Assembly (NCBI GenBank): GCA_039028615.1
Contig: JBCCHT010000006.1
Coordinates: 224,001-288,000 of the forward strand
Length of the DNA stretch: 64,000 nucleotides
Direction: 5' to 3'
Source: Myxococcota bacterium
GTDB lineage: Bacteria > Myxococcota_A > Polyangia > Nannocystales > Nannocystaceae
The translations under genes were made by a program, and so were the position numbers. Shown one piece after another: positions 54,758 to 64,000 of the stretch (within the stretch, counting starts at the first letter, position 1; every line of letters starts with the position of its first letter). Under the pieces are notes generated by a model. It ran no database searches. It saw nothing but the letters and a program-made list of their open reading frames with translations, and was not told the origin of the DNA.

Positions 54758-56913
54758 TCAGCCCTCCGAATTCACCGATTCGACCGCGTCCAGCACCCGT
54801 AGCGCCGCATTGGTGAGCTCGGTGCCGGGCCCGAAGATTTCAGCGACGCCCATCTGCCGCAACGCATCGTGATCTTGGGGAGGAATGACGCCACCGGCCA
54901 CGACCACGATGTCTTCGCGCCCCTCGTCGGCCAGCGCCTTACGCAGCTCCGGGACCAGGGTCAGGTGCCCGGCCGCCAGTGAGCTCATGCCGACCACGTG
55001 CACGTCATTTTCGACCGCCTGTCGTGCCGTTTCAGCGGGAGTCTGAAATAGCGGACCGATGTCGACATCGAAGCCCATGTCGGCGAAACCGGTCGCGATC
55101 ACCTTGGCGCCGCGATCGTGTCCATCCTGGCCCATCTTGGCGACGAGCAGTCGCGGCCGGCGTCCCTCGGCCTCCACGAACGCATCGACTCGCTTCAGCA
55201 CCGCAGCCATCGCGTCGTCGTTGGCTCGTTCCTTGTGATAGACGCCTGCGATCGATCGTTGCGTCGGCATGTATCGCCCCCATGGTTTCTCGAGCGCGTC
55301 CGAGATCTCCCCGACCGTGCCCTTGGCTCGGGCCGCATCGATGCACAGCTCGAGCACGTTGCCTTCGCCCGTCTCCGCGCAGCGCGTGAGCGCGTCGAGG
55401 TGCTGCTTCAGCGCCACCTCGTCCCGCTCGGCCCGAAGCTGACGGAGCCGCGCGAGCTGGGCTTCGCGGACGGCCCGGTTGTCGATCTTGAGCACGTCGA
55501 GCTCGGGCTCGTCTTCCACGGGCCAGCAGTTGACCCCCACCAGCGGCTGCTGCCCCGCGTCGATCCGGGCCTGCGTGCGGGTGGCCGCCTCCTCGATGCG
55601 CCGCTTGGGCAGGCCTTGCTCGATGGCCTTGGCCATGCCGCCCATCTGCTCGATCTCCTCGATGCGCGCCCAGGCCCGCCGCGCCAGCGCGTCGGTGAGC
55701 CACTCCACGAGTAGCTACCGCCCCACGGATCGATGCTGCGGGTGAGTCCCGCCTCCTGCTGCAGGTACAGCTGCGTGTTGCGAGCGATGCGGGCGGAGAA
55801 ATCGGTGGGCAGCGCCAGGGCCTCGTCGAAGGCGTTGGTGTGCAGCGACTGCGTGTGCCCGCCCACCGCCGCCAAGGCCTCCACACAGGTCCGCGCCACA
55901 TTGTTGTACGGGTCGGCCGCGGCCAGGCTCCAGCCCGAGGTCTGGCAGTGGGTCCGCAGCGCCAGCGACTTGGGATGCTTGGCCCCCACGCTCTTCATGA
56001 GCTTGGCCCACAGGATTCGTGCCGCCCGCAGCTTGGCCACCTCCATCATGGAGTGCATGCCGATGCCGAAGAAGAACGAGATGCGCGGCACGAAGGCGTC
56101 GACCTCCAGCCCCGCTGCGATGCCCGTGCGCACGTACTCGAGACCATCCGCCAGCGTGTAGGCCAGCTCGATGTCGGCCGTCGCTCCGGCTTCCTGCATG
56201 TGGTAGCCGGACACGCTGATGCTGTTCCACTTGGGCATGTGCTCCGCCGTGTAGGCGAAGATGTCCCCGATGATCCGCATGGAGGGCTCCGGCGGATAGA
56301 TGAACGTGTTGCGGACCATGAACTCCTTGAGGATGTCGTTCTGGATGGTCCCGGAGAGCTTGTCGGGGCTGACGCCCTGTTCCTCGGCCGCGAGGATGAA
56401 CAACGCCATCACGGGCAGCACGGCGCCGTTCATGGTCATCGACACGCTGATGCGATCGAGGGGAATCGAGTCGAACAGGATCCGCATGTCGAGGATCGAG
56501 TCGATGGCCACGCCCGCCATGCCCACGTCACCGACCACGCGCGGGTGATCGGAGTCGTAGCCGCGGTGGGTGGCCAGGTCGAACGCGACGCTGAGGCCCT
56601 TTTGGCCAGCGGCGAGGTTGCGCTGGTAGAACGCGTTGCTCTGCTCGGCGGTGGAGAAGCCGGCGTACTGCCGGACGGTCCACGGCCGCTGCACGTACAT
56701 CGTGGGGTACGGCCCGCGCAGATACGGGGGGAAGCCCGGCATCGCGCCCTCGTGCAGCGCAGTGGGACGCTGCTCGGCGCCGTAGCGAGCGGCGATGTCG
56801 ATGCCCTCGGGGGTCGACCAGGGCTCGGCGGCCTCGGGCTGCGATCCCGACGCGGCGGGGCCGGCCAGGAGCGCGTCGTAGTCGAGCGAGGAGAAATCGG
56901 GAAGCTGGCTCAT
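54758..56913 (-). pseudogene. scpA: Methylmalonyl-CoA mutase catalytic subunit with a 1-nt frameshift near 55709 (or an assembly error)
   Basis: [45 protein letters not shown] up to DPWGGSY; continues in another frame as VEWLT...[15 protein letters not shown] (B12 domain). Confidence 0.9.
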
Positions 56914-58739
56914 CGAACGGCCTCGGAGGTGGAAGCGAAGAGGTCGGCTTGCAGCGCGCCGAGCACGGCGACGACGTCTCGCCCGCGATGGATGAAGTCG
57001 TAGACGCCGGCTTCACGCAGCGCGTCGGTGGGGCGCCCAGCGACCAGGACCCGGGCGATGCCCCCGGCGATCAGGCGACGCGCCCCCGCGGGGCCTTCGG
57101 CCTCGAGCGCCTCGGCCGGCCCGCACAAGATGGCGAGCTGAACCTTCTCGGAGAGCGTGGCGTCGGGGGTCATCAGCAGGACCTCGAAGCCACCGACGTT
57201 GGCAAAGCCGCGGGCAAAGTCGATCTGGCCGCGCGCGCGTCGAGGATCGCCGACGGGTACGAGCATCGCCCGGGGGCGTCGACCCCTGGCCTGGGTGGCC
57301 TCGTCGGCGCGATCTCGCAGTGCCTCGAAGGGCTCGGTCAATCGACGGGTCGACAGCGGCAACGCGGTGACGGCCGCGGTCCGGGTGACGCCGCTGCTCG
57401 GTGCGGTCGGGGCCGGTACCTCCAGCTGCGGCTCGTCGAGCGAGGGATAGGCGGTCGTGCCCGTGGCCACCAGCTTGCCCGTGGCCAGCGCGGTCGAGCG
57501 TGCCGCCGCTCGCTCGGCGATCTCGCCCTGCAGCCGTCCCGAGGTGAGGACCTCGCCCATGCCGCCCGCGCCGAGCCACTCGCGGACCCGCGCCCAGGCG
57601 CCCTTGGCCAGGTCGTCGGTCAGCGACTCGAAGGCAAAGCTGCCCGCCGCCGGATCGTCGACCGCCCCGAGGTGCGACTCGCCGCGCAAGATGTGCTGCG
57701 TGTTGATGGCCCAGCGCCGTGCATCGGCCTCGGGCGCGCCCAGGGTCTCGGTGAAGGGCTGCACCGCGAGCACCGAGCATCCGCCCACAATCGCCGCGAA
57801 CGCGCCGACCGTGCCGCGCAACAGGTTGACCCACGGGTCTCGAACGGTGGCGTGTCGCCACGAAGTCCGTACCCACAGCGGCGTGGGTGCCCCCTCGGCC
57901 GCGCCTGCGTGCGCACGGACCCTGGCCCACAACCTTCGGACGGCACGGAGCTTGGCCACCTCGACCAGCAGGTCGCCGCCCACCGCCATCTGCATCACGA
58001 TGTGGGGCATCACCGTGGCCGCGTCGAGACCGGCTGCCTGCAGGCGCTGCAAGTGCTCGAGCCCGGTCGCGATCGCGACCGCGACCTCTTGTTCCGCCGA
58101 CGCCCCCGCGTCGTGGGCCGGCACCGCATCGATGGCAATGGTGGCCAAGCCGGTACCCGCCTCGATCGCCAGCGTCGTGGTCTGGGCCAGCTGGGCGTAG
58201 GCATCGTCGAGCGAGACCCCGAGTCCGCCCGCGCTCGCCAGCACTGCCAGCGGATCGCAGAGCACGGCGTCGCGCGGCGCCTCTTTGCCGCGCGCGTCGA
58301 TCAACGCCCGCGCCAGGTCGGGCGCGGCCAGGCCCGCATCGAGCTGCAACGCAGTGCTCGTCGTCAGGCTCTCGACGAGCGTGGGAATCGACGCCGCGGT
58401 GAGCACCGAGCCCGTCGCGGCGCTCGACACGGCAGCACCCGCTCGAAGCTCACCATGCAGAGTCACCCACGCCGCCTCGAGCCCTCGACTCACGTCCCGT
58501 TTCAGAACTTCATCGAGCGTGCTCACGTCGCCGCATCCGTACTGCTGAGCGATGCGCCAACCGGGCGTTCGCGCCGGAGGGCGAGGTCCGGCTTCGCCGT
58601 CCTGCGCGGTATAGAGCGGCCGAACGGTGAGCCCTTCGACGGTCGGCGTTTCGAGGCCGTCGTCGACCTTGTCGAGCCAACGATCGAAGGCAACGGGAGA
58701 GAACTCGGGGAGCAGAGGCTTGGCGTCGTCGGTAGACAC
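56910..58739 (-). CDS. mutA: Methylmalonyl-CoA mutase small (non-catalytic) subunit
   Basis: T.EG..V.PLYT, HDAGA...[27 protein letters not shown]...E.LT, FE.LR; no DxHxxG; ATGA overlap with the large subunit. Confidence 0.88.
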   Translation of the reverse strand: MSTDDAKPLLPEFSPVAFDRWLDKVDDGLETPTVEGLTVRPLYTAQDGEAGPRPPARTPGWRIAQQYGCGDVSTLDEVLKRDVSRGLEAAWVTLHGELRAGAAVSSAATGSVLTAASIPTLVESLTTSTALQLDAGLAAPDLARALIDARGKEAPRDAVLCDPLAVLASAGGLGVSLDDAYAQLAQTTTLAIEAGTGLATIAIDAVPAHDAGASAEQEVAVAIATGLEHLQRLQAAGLDAATVMPHIVMQMAVGGDLLVEVAKLRAVRRLWARVRAHAGAAEGAPTPLWVRTSWRHATVRDPWVNLLRGTVGAFAAIVGGCSVLAVQPFTETLGAPEADARRWAINTQHILRGESHLGAVDDPAAGSFAFESLTDDLAKGAWARVREWLGAGGMGEVLTSGRLQGEIAERAAARSTALATGKLVATGTTAYPSLDEPQLEVPAPTAPSSGVTRTAAVTALPLSTRRLTEPFEALRDRADEATQARGRRPRAMLVPVGDPRRARGQIDFARGFANVGGFEVLLMTPDATLSEKVQLAILCGPAEALEAEGPAGARRLIAGGIARVLVAGRPTDALREAGVYDFIHRGRDVVAVLGALQADLFASTSEAVR

Positions 58740-58885
58740 GGGCGCACGAGCGTCCGGAGCCTTCCTCACCGCGATCCGCCGACGAGCCGAGGCGCCGAGA
58801 CGTGGGTGCACTCTATCAGGGCGTAGCCACCCCGGGGCCCTCCGCGAATCCGGCGGCTCGTCGTATGCTCACGCCACCGCACGCC

Positions 58886-60436
58886 ATGAGTCTCAACCTC
58901 GCCTCCATCCTCCGCAGTTCGGCCCTCCTGCACCCCGACCAGCCCGCGGTCGCGATCGGCGAACGAAAATTCACGTACGTCCAGCTGGACACGATGGCCC
59001 GTCGTTTCGCGGGCTCACTGCGCGCCCTGGGGCTGCAGCGCGGTCAACACGTGGCGCTGATGCTGCCCAACGTGCCGCAGTTCATCATCGCCTACTTCGG
59101 GGCCCACTATGCAGGCTGCCCGGTCGTACCGCTGAACGTGCTGCTCACCGGGCCCGAGGTCGCCTATCACCTGCGGGACTCGGACGCGGTGGCGCTGGTC
59201 GCCTGGGAGGGGTTTGGCGAGCACGCCAAGGCCGGCTTCGACGAGGTCGAGGGTTGCAAGCACCTCGTCATCGCCAAGGCCGATCCCACCGACCTGAGCG
59301 CGGACGAAGGCACGCTCAACTTCAGCGCCCAAGTCGGCGGCGCGACCCCGGTGGAGGACCTGCCGCCCACCATGCCGGACGACACGGCGGTGATCCTCTA
59401 CACCTCGGGCACCACCGGTCAGCCCAAGGGCGCCGAGCTCACCCACTTCAACCTGTTTTACAACGCCGAGTACTCGCGGGCGAAGCTCATGGGCATGGAC
59501 ACGGGCACGGTGGGCCTGGTCACCCTGCCCTTGTTCCACAGCTTTGGTCAGACCGTGCTGCAGAACGCGGTGCTGGGCGCGGGGGGTTGTCTCGTGTTGC
59601 TGCCGCGCTTCACCCCCGACGACGCCTTCGCCCTCATGCAGGGACACAAGGTCACGCTCTTCGCGGGCGTGCCCACCATGTACTTCGCCCTGCTCAACCA
59701 CCCCGACGCCGACAAGTACGATCTGAGCTCGCTGCAGCTGTGCGTCTCTGGGGGCTCGGCCATGCCGGTCGAGGTCATGAGCGCCTTCGACGAGAAGTAC
59801 GGCGTCAACATCCTCGAGGGCTACGGCCTGTCCGAGACCTCGCCCGTCGCCAGCTTCAACGTGCTCGACAAGCCCAAGAAGGCGGGCAGCATCGGGCTGC
59901 CCATCCAGGGCGTCGAGTTCCGGCTCGCCGACGACGATGGCAACGTGATCACCGAGTCGGGCAAGCCGGGCGAGATCTGGATCTTCGGCCCCAACGTGAT
60001 GAAGGGCTACTACGGCAAGCCCGAGGCCACCGCGGCCTCCATCGACGAGGCGGGCTGGTTCAAGACCGGCGACATCGCCACCCGCGACGACGAGGGCTAC
60101 TACTTCATCGTCGATCGCAAGAAGGACATGATCATCCGCGGCGGCTTCAACGTGTACCCGCGGGAGATCGAAGAAGCCCTCTACGCCCACGCGGCGGTGG
60201 CCGAGGCGGCCGTGGTCGGCATTCCCCACGAGAGCCACGGCGAGGAGGTCAAGGCCATCGTCGCGCTCAAGCCGGGGCAATCGGTCGACGAGGCGGGGAT
60301 CATCGAGCACTGCAAGCAGCGGCTCGCCGCCTACAAGTACCCGCGCATCGTCGAGTTCCGCGACGCCCTGCCCAAGGGCGCAACGGGCAAGATCCTCAAG
60401 CGGGTGCTCCGCGACGAAGCCCAGGGCAAGGGCTGA
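58886..60436 (+). CDS. Long-chain fatty acid--CoA ligase
   Basis: YTSGTTGQPKG, LPLFHSFG, EGYGLSETSP, TGDI, DRKKDMIIRGGFNVYPREIE, TGKILK. Confidence 0.95.
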   Translation: MSLNLASILRSSALLHPDQPAVAIGERKFTYVQLDTMARRFAGSLRALGLQRGQHVALMLPNVPQFIIAYFGAHYAGCPVVPLNVLLTGPEVAYHLRDSDAVALVAWEGFGEHAKAGFDEVEGCKHLVIAKADPTDLSADEGTLNFSAQVGGATPVEDLPPTMPDDTAVILYTSGTTGQPKGAELTHFNLFYNAEYSRAKLMGMDTGTVGLVTLPLFHSFGQTVLQNAVLGAGGCLVLLPRFTPDDAFALMQGHKVTLFAGVPTMYFALLNHPDADKYDLSSLQLCVSGGSAMPVEVMSAFDEKYGVNILEGYGLSETSPVASFNVLDKPKKAGSIGLPIQGVEFRLADDDGNVITESGKPGEIWIFGPNVMKGYYGKPEATAASIDEAGWFKTGDIATRDDEGYYFIVDRKKDMIIRGGFNVYPREIEEALYAHAAVAEAAVVGIPHESHGEEVKAIVALKPGQSVDEAGIIEHCKQRLAAYKYPRIVEFRDALPKGATGKILKRVLRDEAQGKG

Positions 60437-60457
60437 GTCGCGGCCGTCGCATCGACC

Positions 60458-61030
60458 TCAACGACGGTCGGGGTCGATGCCCAGCGGGCGGAGATAGCGA
60501 GCGATGGTGGCCTCGCGATCGCTGGTGCCATCGAGCGACTGATACAGCGAGATGACCTCCTCGCTGATCGCGGGGATGATCGCCGCGAGGCCCCCGCCCG
60601 CGGGCACGGCCGTGTCGGGGCCGAGTGTGTCGTGGACGAACTTGGTCAGCAGCGCCTGCACCTCGGCCTCTTTGCCCGGCTCCATGGGCGAGATGATCGC
60701 CTTGGTCACGTCCAGCAGGCGCTCGATCCTGGTGGCCGTGGCGGGCAGCCCGGTGGAGAGCTTCTCGGCTCGTCCGGCGAGTTCGTCGAGCACGGGGAGC
60801 ATGGGCGCGGCCGTGCCGTTCTTGGCGACCTGGGCCATGATCTCCAGGTAGGCCCGCAGCAGCAGCCGAGCCTCGCGCTTGAGCGCCTCGGGATCCGCCT
60901 TGGTCGTGTCTTCGGTCTTCCCCTTCGACTCCGACTTGGCCTTGCCCTCGGCGGTCGCGGGTTTTTTGTCGTCGCACCCGGTGGGCAACAGCAGCGCAAG
61001 GGTGACGATGACGGCGATTTTCTGGAGCAT
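60458..61030 (-). CDS. Helical lipoprotein of unknown function
   Basis: MLQKIAVIVTLALLLPTGC lipobox; starts 1 nt after the upstream stop. Confidence 0.75.
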   Translation of the reverse strand: MLQKIAVIVTLALLLPTGCDDKKPATAEGKAKSESKGKTEDTTKADPEALKREARLLLRAYLEIMAQVAKNGTAAPMLPVLDELAGRAEKLSTGLPATATRIERLLDVTKAIISPMEPGKEAEVQALLTKFVHDTLGPDTAVPAGGGLAAIIPAISEEVISLYQSLDGTSDREATIARYLRPLGIDPDRR

Positions 61031-61031
61031 C

Positions 61032-62600
61032 TCAGCCTCCGCCGGCCAGCATGGCCCGGGCGTCGAACCCATACATCAGCGCATCACTGAGCGCCATGCC
61101 CTTGCGGGCCGCCCCCCGAGCGTTGAAGTGCAGGTAGTCACCCCGCGCGAGCGGAGGATCGGCGTTCACCCACGTCTCCATCGAAAACTCGCCGCCCATG
61201 AAGGCCACGCCGTCCCAGAAGCCGCAGCCCTCCTGGGCCGCGATGTGGCGCTGGACCTCGATGATCTCGTTGAGCTGGGTCCGCGTCCGCAGCTCGCCGT
61301 CTTCCCGAATCGGGAAATCGACCGGGCCGATGATGAGACAGCTGGCCTCGGGCAGCGCCCGCTGGAAGCGATGCAGCTGCGCCCGCAGGTCCTCGGCGTA
61401 GAGCGGAATCGACATTTCCTCGTCGACCGACTCGTTGGTCCCGTACGAAAGCGTGTACAGGTCGGGCGCGCGGCGAGCCAGGTTGTCGGCCCACAGCGGC
61501 TCGTTCCACGCCAGGTGGTTGGGGCCGCGGGTACCATCGATTCCGAGCACGTCGACCACGACGCCCGGGTCGTTGCGCTCGAGCACCACCCCGAACACGC
61601 GGACCTCGGCCTCGTCGATCGTCTCGACGCGCAGCCGATGCGGCCCCGGCTCGACCTCGAGCGCGTGATACCCCGGCCCGAGTTCCTCGCCGTCGGTGCT
61701 GACGACCACCGCGGGGCCATCGTCGAGGCTGAAGCGAAACGAGCCGCCGCCGGGGTGGCGCAGGAAGAAAAGCTCGACCTTCGCCAGCTCTTGGCTGGAC
61801 GTCGATTTTTTCTTGGGCTCGACCGTCGACCACTGCTTCTTCTTGGTCGCCGTGAACGAGGCCCCGAGCAGGCCGTAGTGTCCGTCGAGACGACCGCTGC
61901 GAACCTGCGCGTGCTCTTTTTGCCAGCCCTTGGAGGCCTGGACCTTCACCTCGTTGTGTCGATACCAGCGCGACAGCGGAGCCAAGGGCACGAAGCCGGG
62001 GCCACCGTCCCCGAAGCGGGTCTGCAGGTAGGTTCGGATGTAGCCGACGCCGAGGTCGGCCGCGGTGCCCGACGCCCCGTACATCGCCACCCGCACCTTG
62101 CCGTCGGGGTCTCGACCCTCGACGAGCGCCTGGAGGGCAGCATGGAAGTGGGCCAGCGCGGGGCCGGAGTCGGGGTCGGTGACCGGAATGAAGTAGCCGG
62201 GCATCGGCGCCGGGCTCGGCTCGGCTTCCGTCTCCGCTTCGGCCTCGGCCTCGGCCTCGGTGACGGCCTCACTCACGTCGGTCGTCTCGACACCAACCTC
62301 CTCCGGCAAAGGCACGGGATGCAGCAGCGGCAAGTGGCCCCCGCGAAGCAGGCGCTCCTGCGCTCGAGCGTGGGCCTCCGCCGTCTCGACCGTGCGCACC
62401 GGTCCCGGCGGTAACGGTGCGGGCTCCGGCTCCGGCTCCGGCTCGGGTTCGACCGGCGGCTCCTCGATGACCGCGACGGGCTCCGGCTCCGGCTCGACGG
62501 GCGTGGAGCCCGCATCGGGCGAGACCGGCTGGCTACAGGCGCTCGCACCCAAACCCACCATCATCAACCAGGCCAGGGTGCGCGTGGGCATCCCTTTCAT
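61032..62600 (-). CDS. SGNH/GDSL-family lipoprotein (PatB/Ape-like O-acetyltransferase or esterase)
   Basis: Lipobox ASAC; PE/AE linkers; YGAS.TAAD, LQ.RFGDGG.GF, GIDG, YGTNE, DYLHF...G. Confidence 0.85.
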   Translation of the reverse strand: MKGMPTRTLAWLMMVGLGASACSQPVSPDAGSTPVEPEPEPVAVIEEPPVEPEPEPEPEPAPLPPGPVRTVETAEAHARAQERLLRGGHLPLLHPVPLPEEVGVETTDVSEAVTEAEAEAEAETEAEPSPAPMPGYFIPVTDPDSGPALAHFHAALQALVEGRDPDGKVRVAMYGASGTAADLGVGYIRTYLQTRFGDGGPGFVPLAPLSRWYRHNEVKVQASKGWQKEHAQVRSGRLDGHYGLLGASFTATKKKQWSTVEPKKKSTSSQELAKVELFFLRHPGGGSFRFSLDDGPAVVVSTDGEELGPGYHALEVEPGPHRLRVETIDEAEVRVFGVVLERNDPGVVVDVLGIDGTRGPNHLAWNEPLWADNLARRAPDLYTLSYGTNESVDEEMSIPLYAEDLRAQLHRFQRALPEASCLIIGPVDFPIREDGELRTRTQLNEIIEVQRHIAAQEGCGFWDGVAFMGGEFSMETWVNADPPLARGDYLHFNARGAARKGMALSDALMYGFDARAMLAGGG

Positions 62601-62715
62601 CGTTCGCCGTTGTGCGCCGCGGGTCAAATTCCCGGAGCAATGGCGGGTCGATCGCCTCCGACTCCCGCTTCGGCCGATTCGCGTTCTCGCGCAGTCTTGG
62701 GGCATGGTGCGGGCC

Positions 62716-63210
62716 ATGGGAAAGGACAAGACCCCGGTCACCGCGGCCATTCGCGTGCTCCGCAAGCATGGGGTGAAGTTCACGCCCCGCCTCTACGACT
62801 ACGAGCCTCGCGGCGGTACCGAGCATAGTGCAGCCTGCCTCGGCGTCGACGAGCACGCGGTCATCAAGACCCTGGTGATGGAAGACGACGCCCGCCAGCC
62901 GCTGGTGGTGCTCATGCACGGGGACTGCTCCGTGTCGACCAAGGCACTCGCGCGACACCTCGGCGTCAAGACGATCCGTCCTTGCGAGCCCGCCGTCGCC
63001 GATCGCAACAGCGGCTACCAAGTCGGCGGCACCTCCCCCTTCGGTACCCGCAAGGCCATGCCGATCTACATGGAATCCACCATCGCCGACCTGTCCGAGC
63101 TGTACATCAACGGGGGCAAGCGGGGCTTTTTGGTGTCCATGGCTCCGGCCGAGCTCGTGCGCGTGCTGTCACCGACGCTGGTCCAGGTCGCCATCGCGGC
63201 GGGTTCCTGA
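62716..63210 (+). CDS. ybaK: Cys-tRNA(Pro) deacylase YbaK
   Basis: TP.T.A...L, VIKTLV, SGY.VGGTSPFG, INGG.RG. Confidence 0.92.
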   Translation: MGKDKTPVTAAIRVLRKHGVKFTPRLYDYEPRGGTEHSAACLGVDEHAVIKTLVMEDDARQPLVVLMHGDCSVSTKALARHLGVKTIRPCEPAVADRNSGYQVGGTSPFGTRKAMPIYMESTIADLSELYINGGKRGFLVSMAPAELVRVLSPTLVQVAIAAGS

Positions 63211-63231
63211 GCGGGGTGGTAAGACTGCCGC

Positions 63232-64000
63232 ATGAAGCTCACCGTGCTCTCCGAGGCGGTCGTCCGCGAGATCATCACCGTCGAGCTCGCCTTCGAGGCC
63301 GTCGGTGAGGCGCTGAAATCCGTCGCCACCAGGCACGCCAGCATCATGCCCGTGGTGCTCGCCGAGGGCGGCCCGGGCGGAGCGATGTTCGGGGTCAAGA
63401 CGGCCACGCATCTGTCCGCGGGCCTGCTCGGGCTGAAGGTGGGCAGCTACTTCCCCGAAAACCACGCCCGCGGTATTCCCAATCACGGTTCGACCACCCT
63501 GCTGCTCGACGGTGAGACCGGCCTGCCTCGCGCCATCGTCAGCGCCGGCTACCTCAACGGCCTGCGCACCGCGGCTGCCAACGCGGTGGCCGTCGATCGA
63601 CTCGCCCGCGAAGACGCCAGCGTGCTGGGGGTCATCGGCGCCGGGCACCAGGCGGAGTTCGAGGTCCGCGCCGTCGCGGCCCGTCGCGCCCTGCGGCAAG
63701 TGAAGGTCTGGAGCCGCACGCCCACCAGCGCCGCCGATCTATGCCAGCGCCTCGGCGACCTCGACCTCGAAGTCACCGCCGTCGACCAGGCCCGCGCCGC
63801 CGTGGAAGGAAGCGACATCGTCACCACCGTCACCCCCGCCCGAGCGATTCTCGTGGAAGCGGGCTGGGTCGGCCCCGGGACGCACATCTCCGCCATGGGC
63901 TCGGACACCGACGGCAAGCAGGAGCTCGACCCGCGGCTCATGGAGCGCGCCACCGCCTTCGCCGACCTGCCCGCGCAGTCCGTACGCATCGGCGAGTTCC
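63232..64000 (+). CDS. Ornithine cyclodeaminase/mu-crystallin family protein (3'-truncated by window edge)
   Basis: My translation from ATG 63232: GLKVGSYFP.N, LLDGETGLP, RTAAA, GVIGAGHQA, VWSR, DIVTTVT, HISAMGSD..GKQE. Confidence 0.9.
   Translation, partial: MKLTVLSEAVVREIITVELAFEAVGEALKSVATRHASIMPVVLAEGGPGGAMFGVKTATHLSAGLLGLKVGSYFPENHARGIPNHGSTTLLLDGETGLPRAIVSAGYLNGLRTAAANAVAVDRLAREDASVLGVIGAGHQAEFEVRAVAARRALRQVKVWSRTPTSAADLCQRLGDLDLEVTAVDQARAAVEGSDIVTTVTPARAILVEAGWVGPGTHISAMGSDTDGKQELDPRLMERATAFADLPAQSVRIGEF

Noticed and set aside
62216..62495. AEAE/PEPE repeats in the SGNH gene
   Set aside because: Ordinary low-complexity lipoprotein linkers.
63232..64000. Specific call as iminosuccinate reductase BhcD
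   Set aside because: Only family-level motifs are visible, the gene is truncated and no other bhc genes are in the window.
1..64000. tRNA, rRNA, transposase, integrase or prophage genes
   Set aside because: No cloverleaf with T-loop and anticodon arm, rRNA signature, DDE/tyrosine-recombinase motif or phage gene was recognisable by eye; tRNAscan and Infernal were not run.

Overview
Very GC-rich bacterial DNA whose gene content points to a myxobacterium, most likely Nannocystaceae-like (inference from Hanks kinases with TPR/HEAT repeats, Cys-rich 'CGDG..D.GEQCDDG' repeats, many D/T/G-rich lipoproteins, TPR proteins ending in GRF, and a PilZ-like/REC/DUF4388 protein). About 50 CDSs are supportable. 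Housekeeping: greB, Ski2-like helicase, dapD, ispA-xseB, fur, class I lysS, methylmalonyl-CoA mutase pair (large subunit frameshifted near 55709), acyl-CoA ligase, ybaK and a truncated ornithine cyclodeaminase. Signalling: 3 Ser/Thr kinases, an ECF sigma factor, LysR, a histidine kinase, FHA-GGDEF and a degenerate sigma54-activator. Envelope: 2 GT-C-like membrane proteins, Slt, a wzc/wzy/lectin/sulfotransferase cluster and an SGNH hydrolase. I saw no rRNA, tRNA, CRISPR or transposase. The most striking unexplained signal is 24720-24964: six stem-loops, the first ones about 40 nt apart, with different stems but ten GGGGA motifs exposed in loops and linkers. It is preceded by a correctly spaced sigma54-like GG-N10-GC element and lies convergent to a GAFTGA-less pseudo-enhancer-binding protein gene that itself has a sigma54/IHF/palindrome-type promoter. 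This is a candidate protein-sponging (CsrB/CrcZ-like architecture) or anti-SD sRNA system. All calls are by eye with no database searches; start codons are best guesses.
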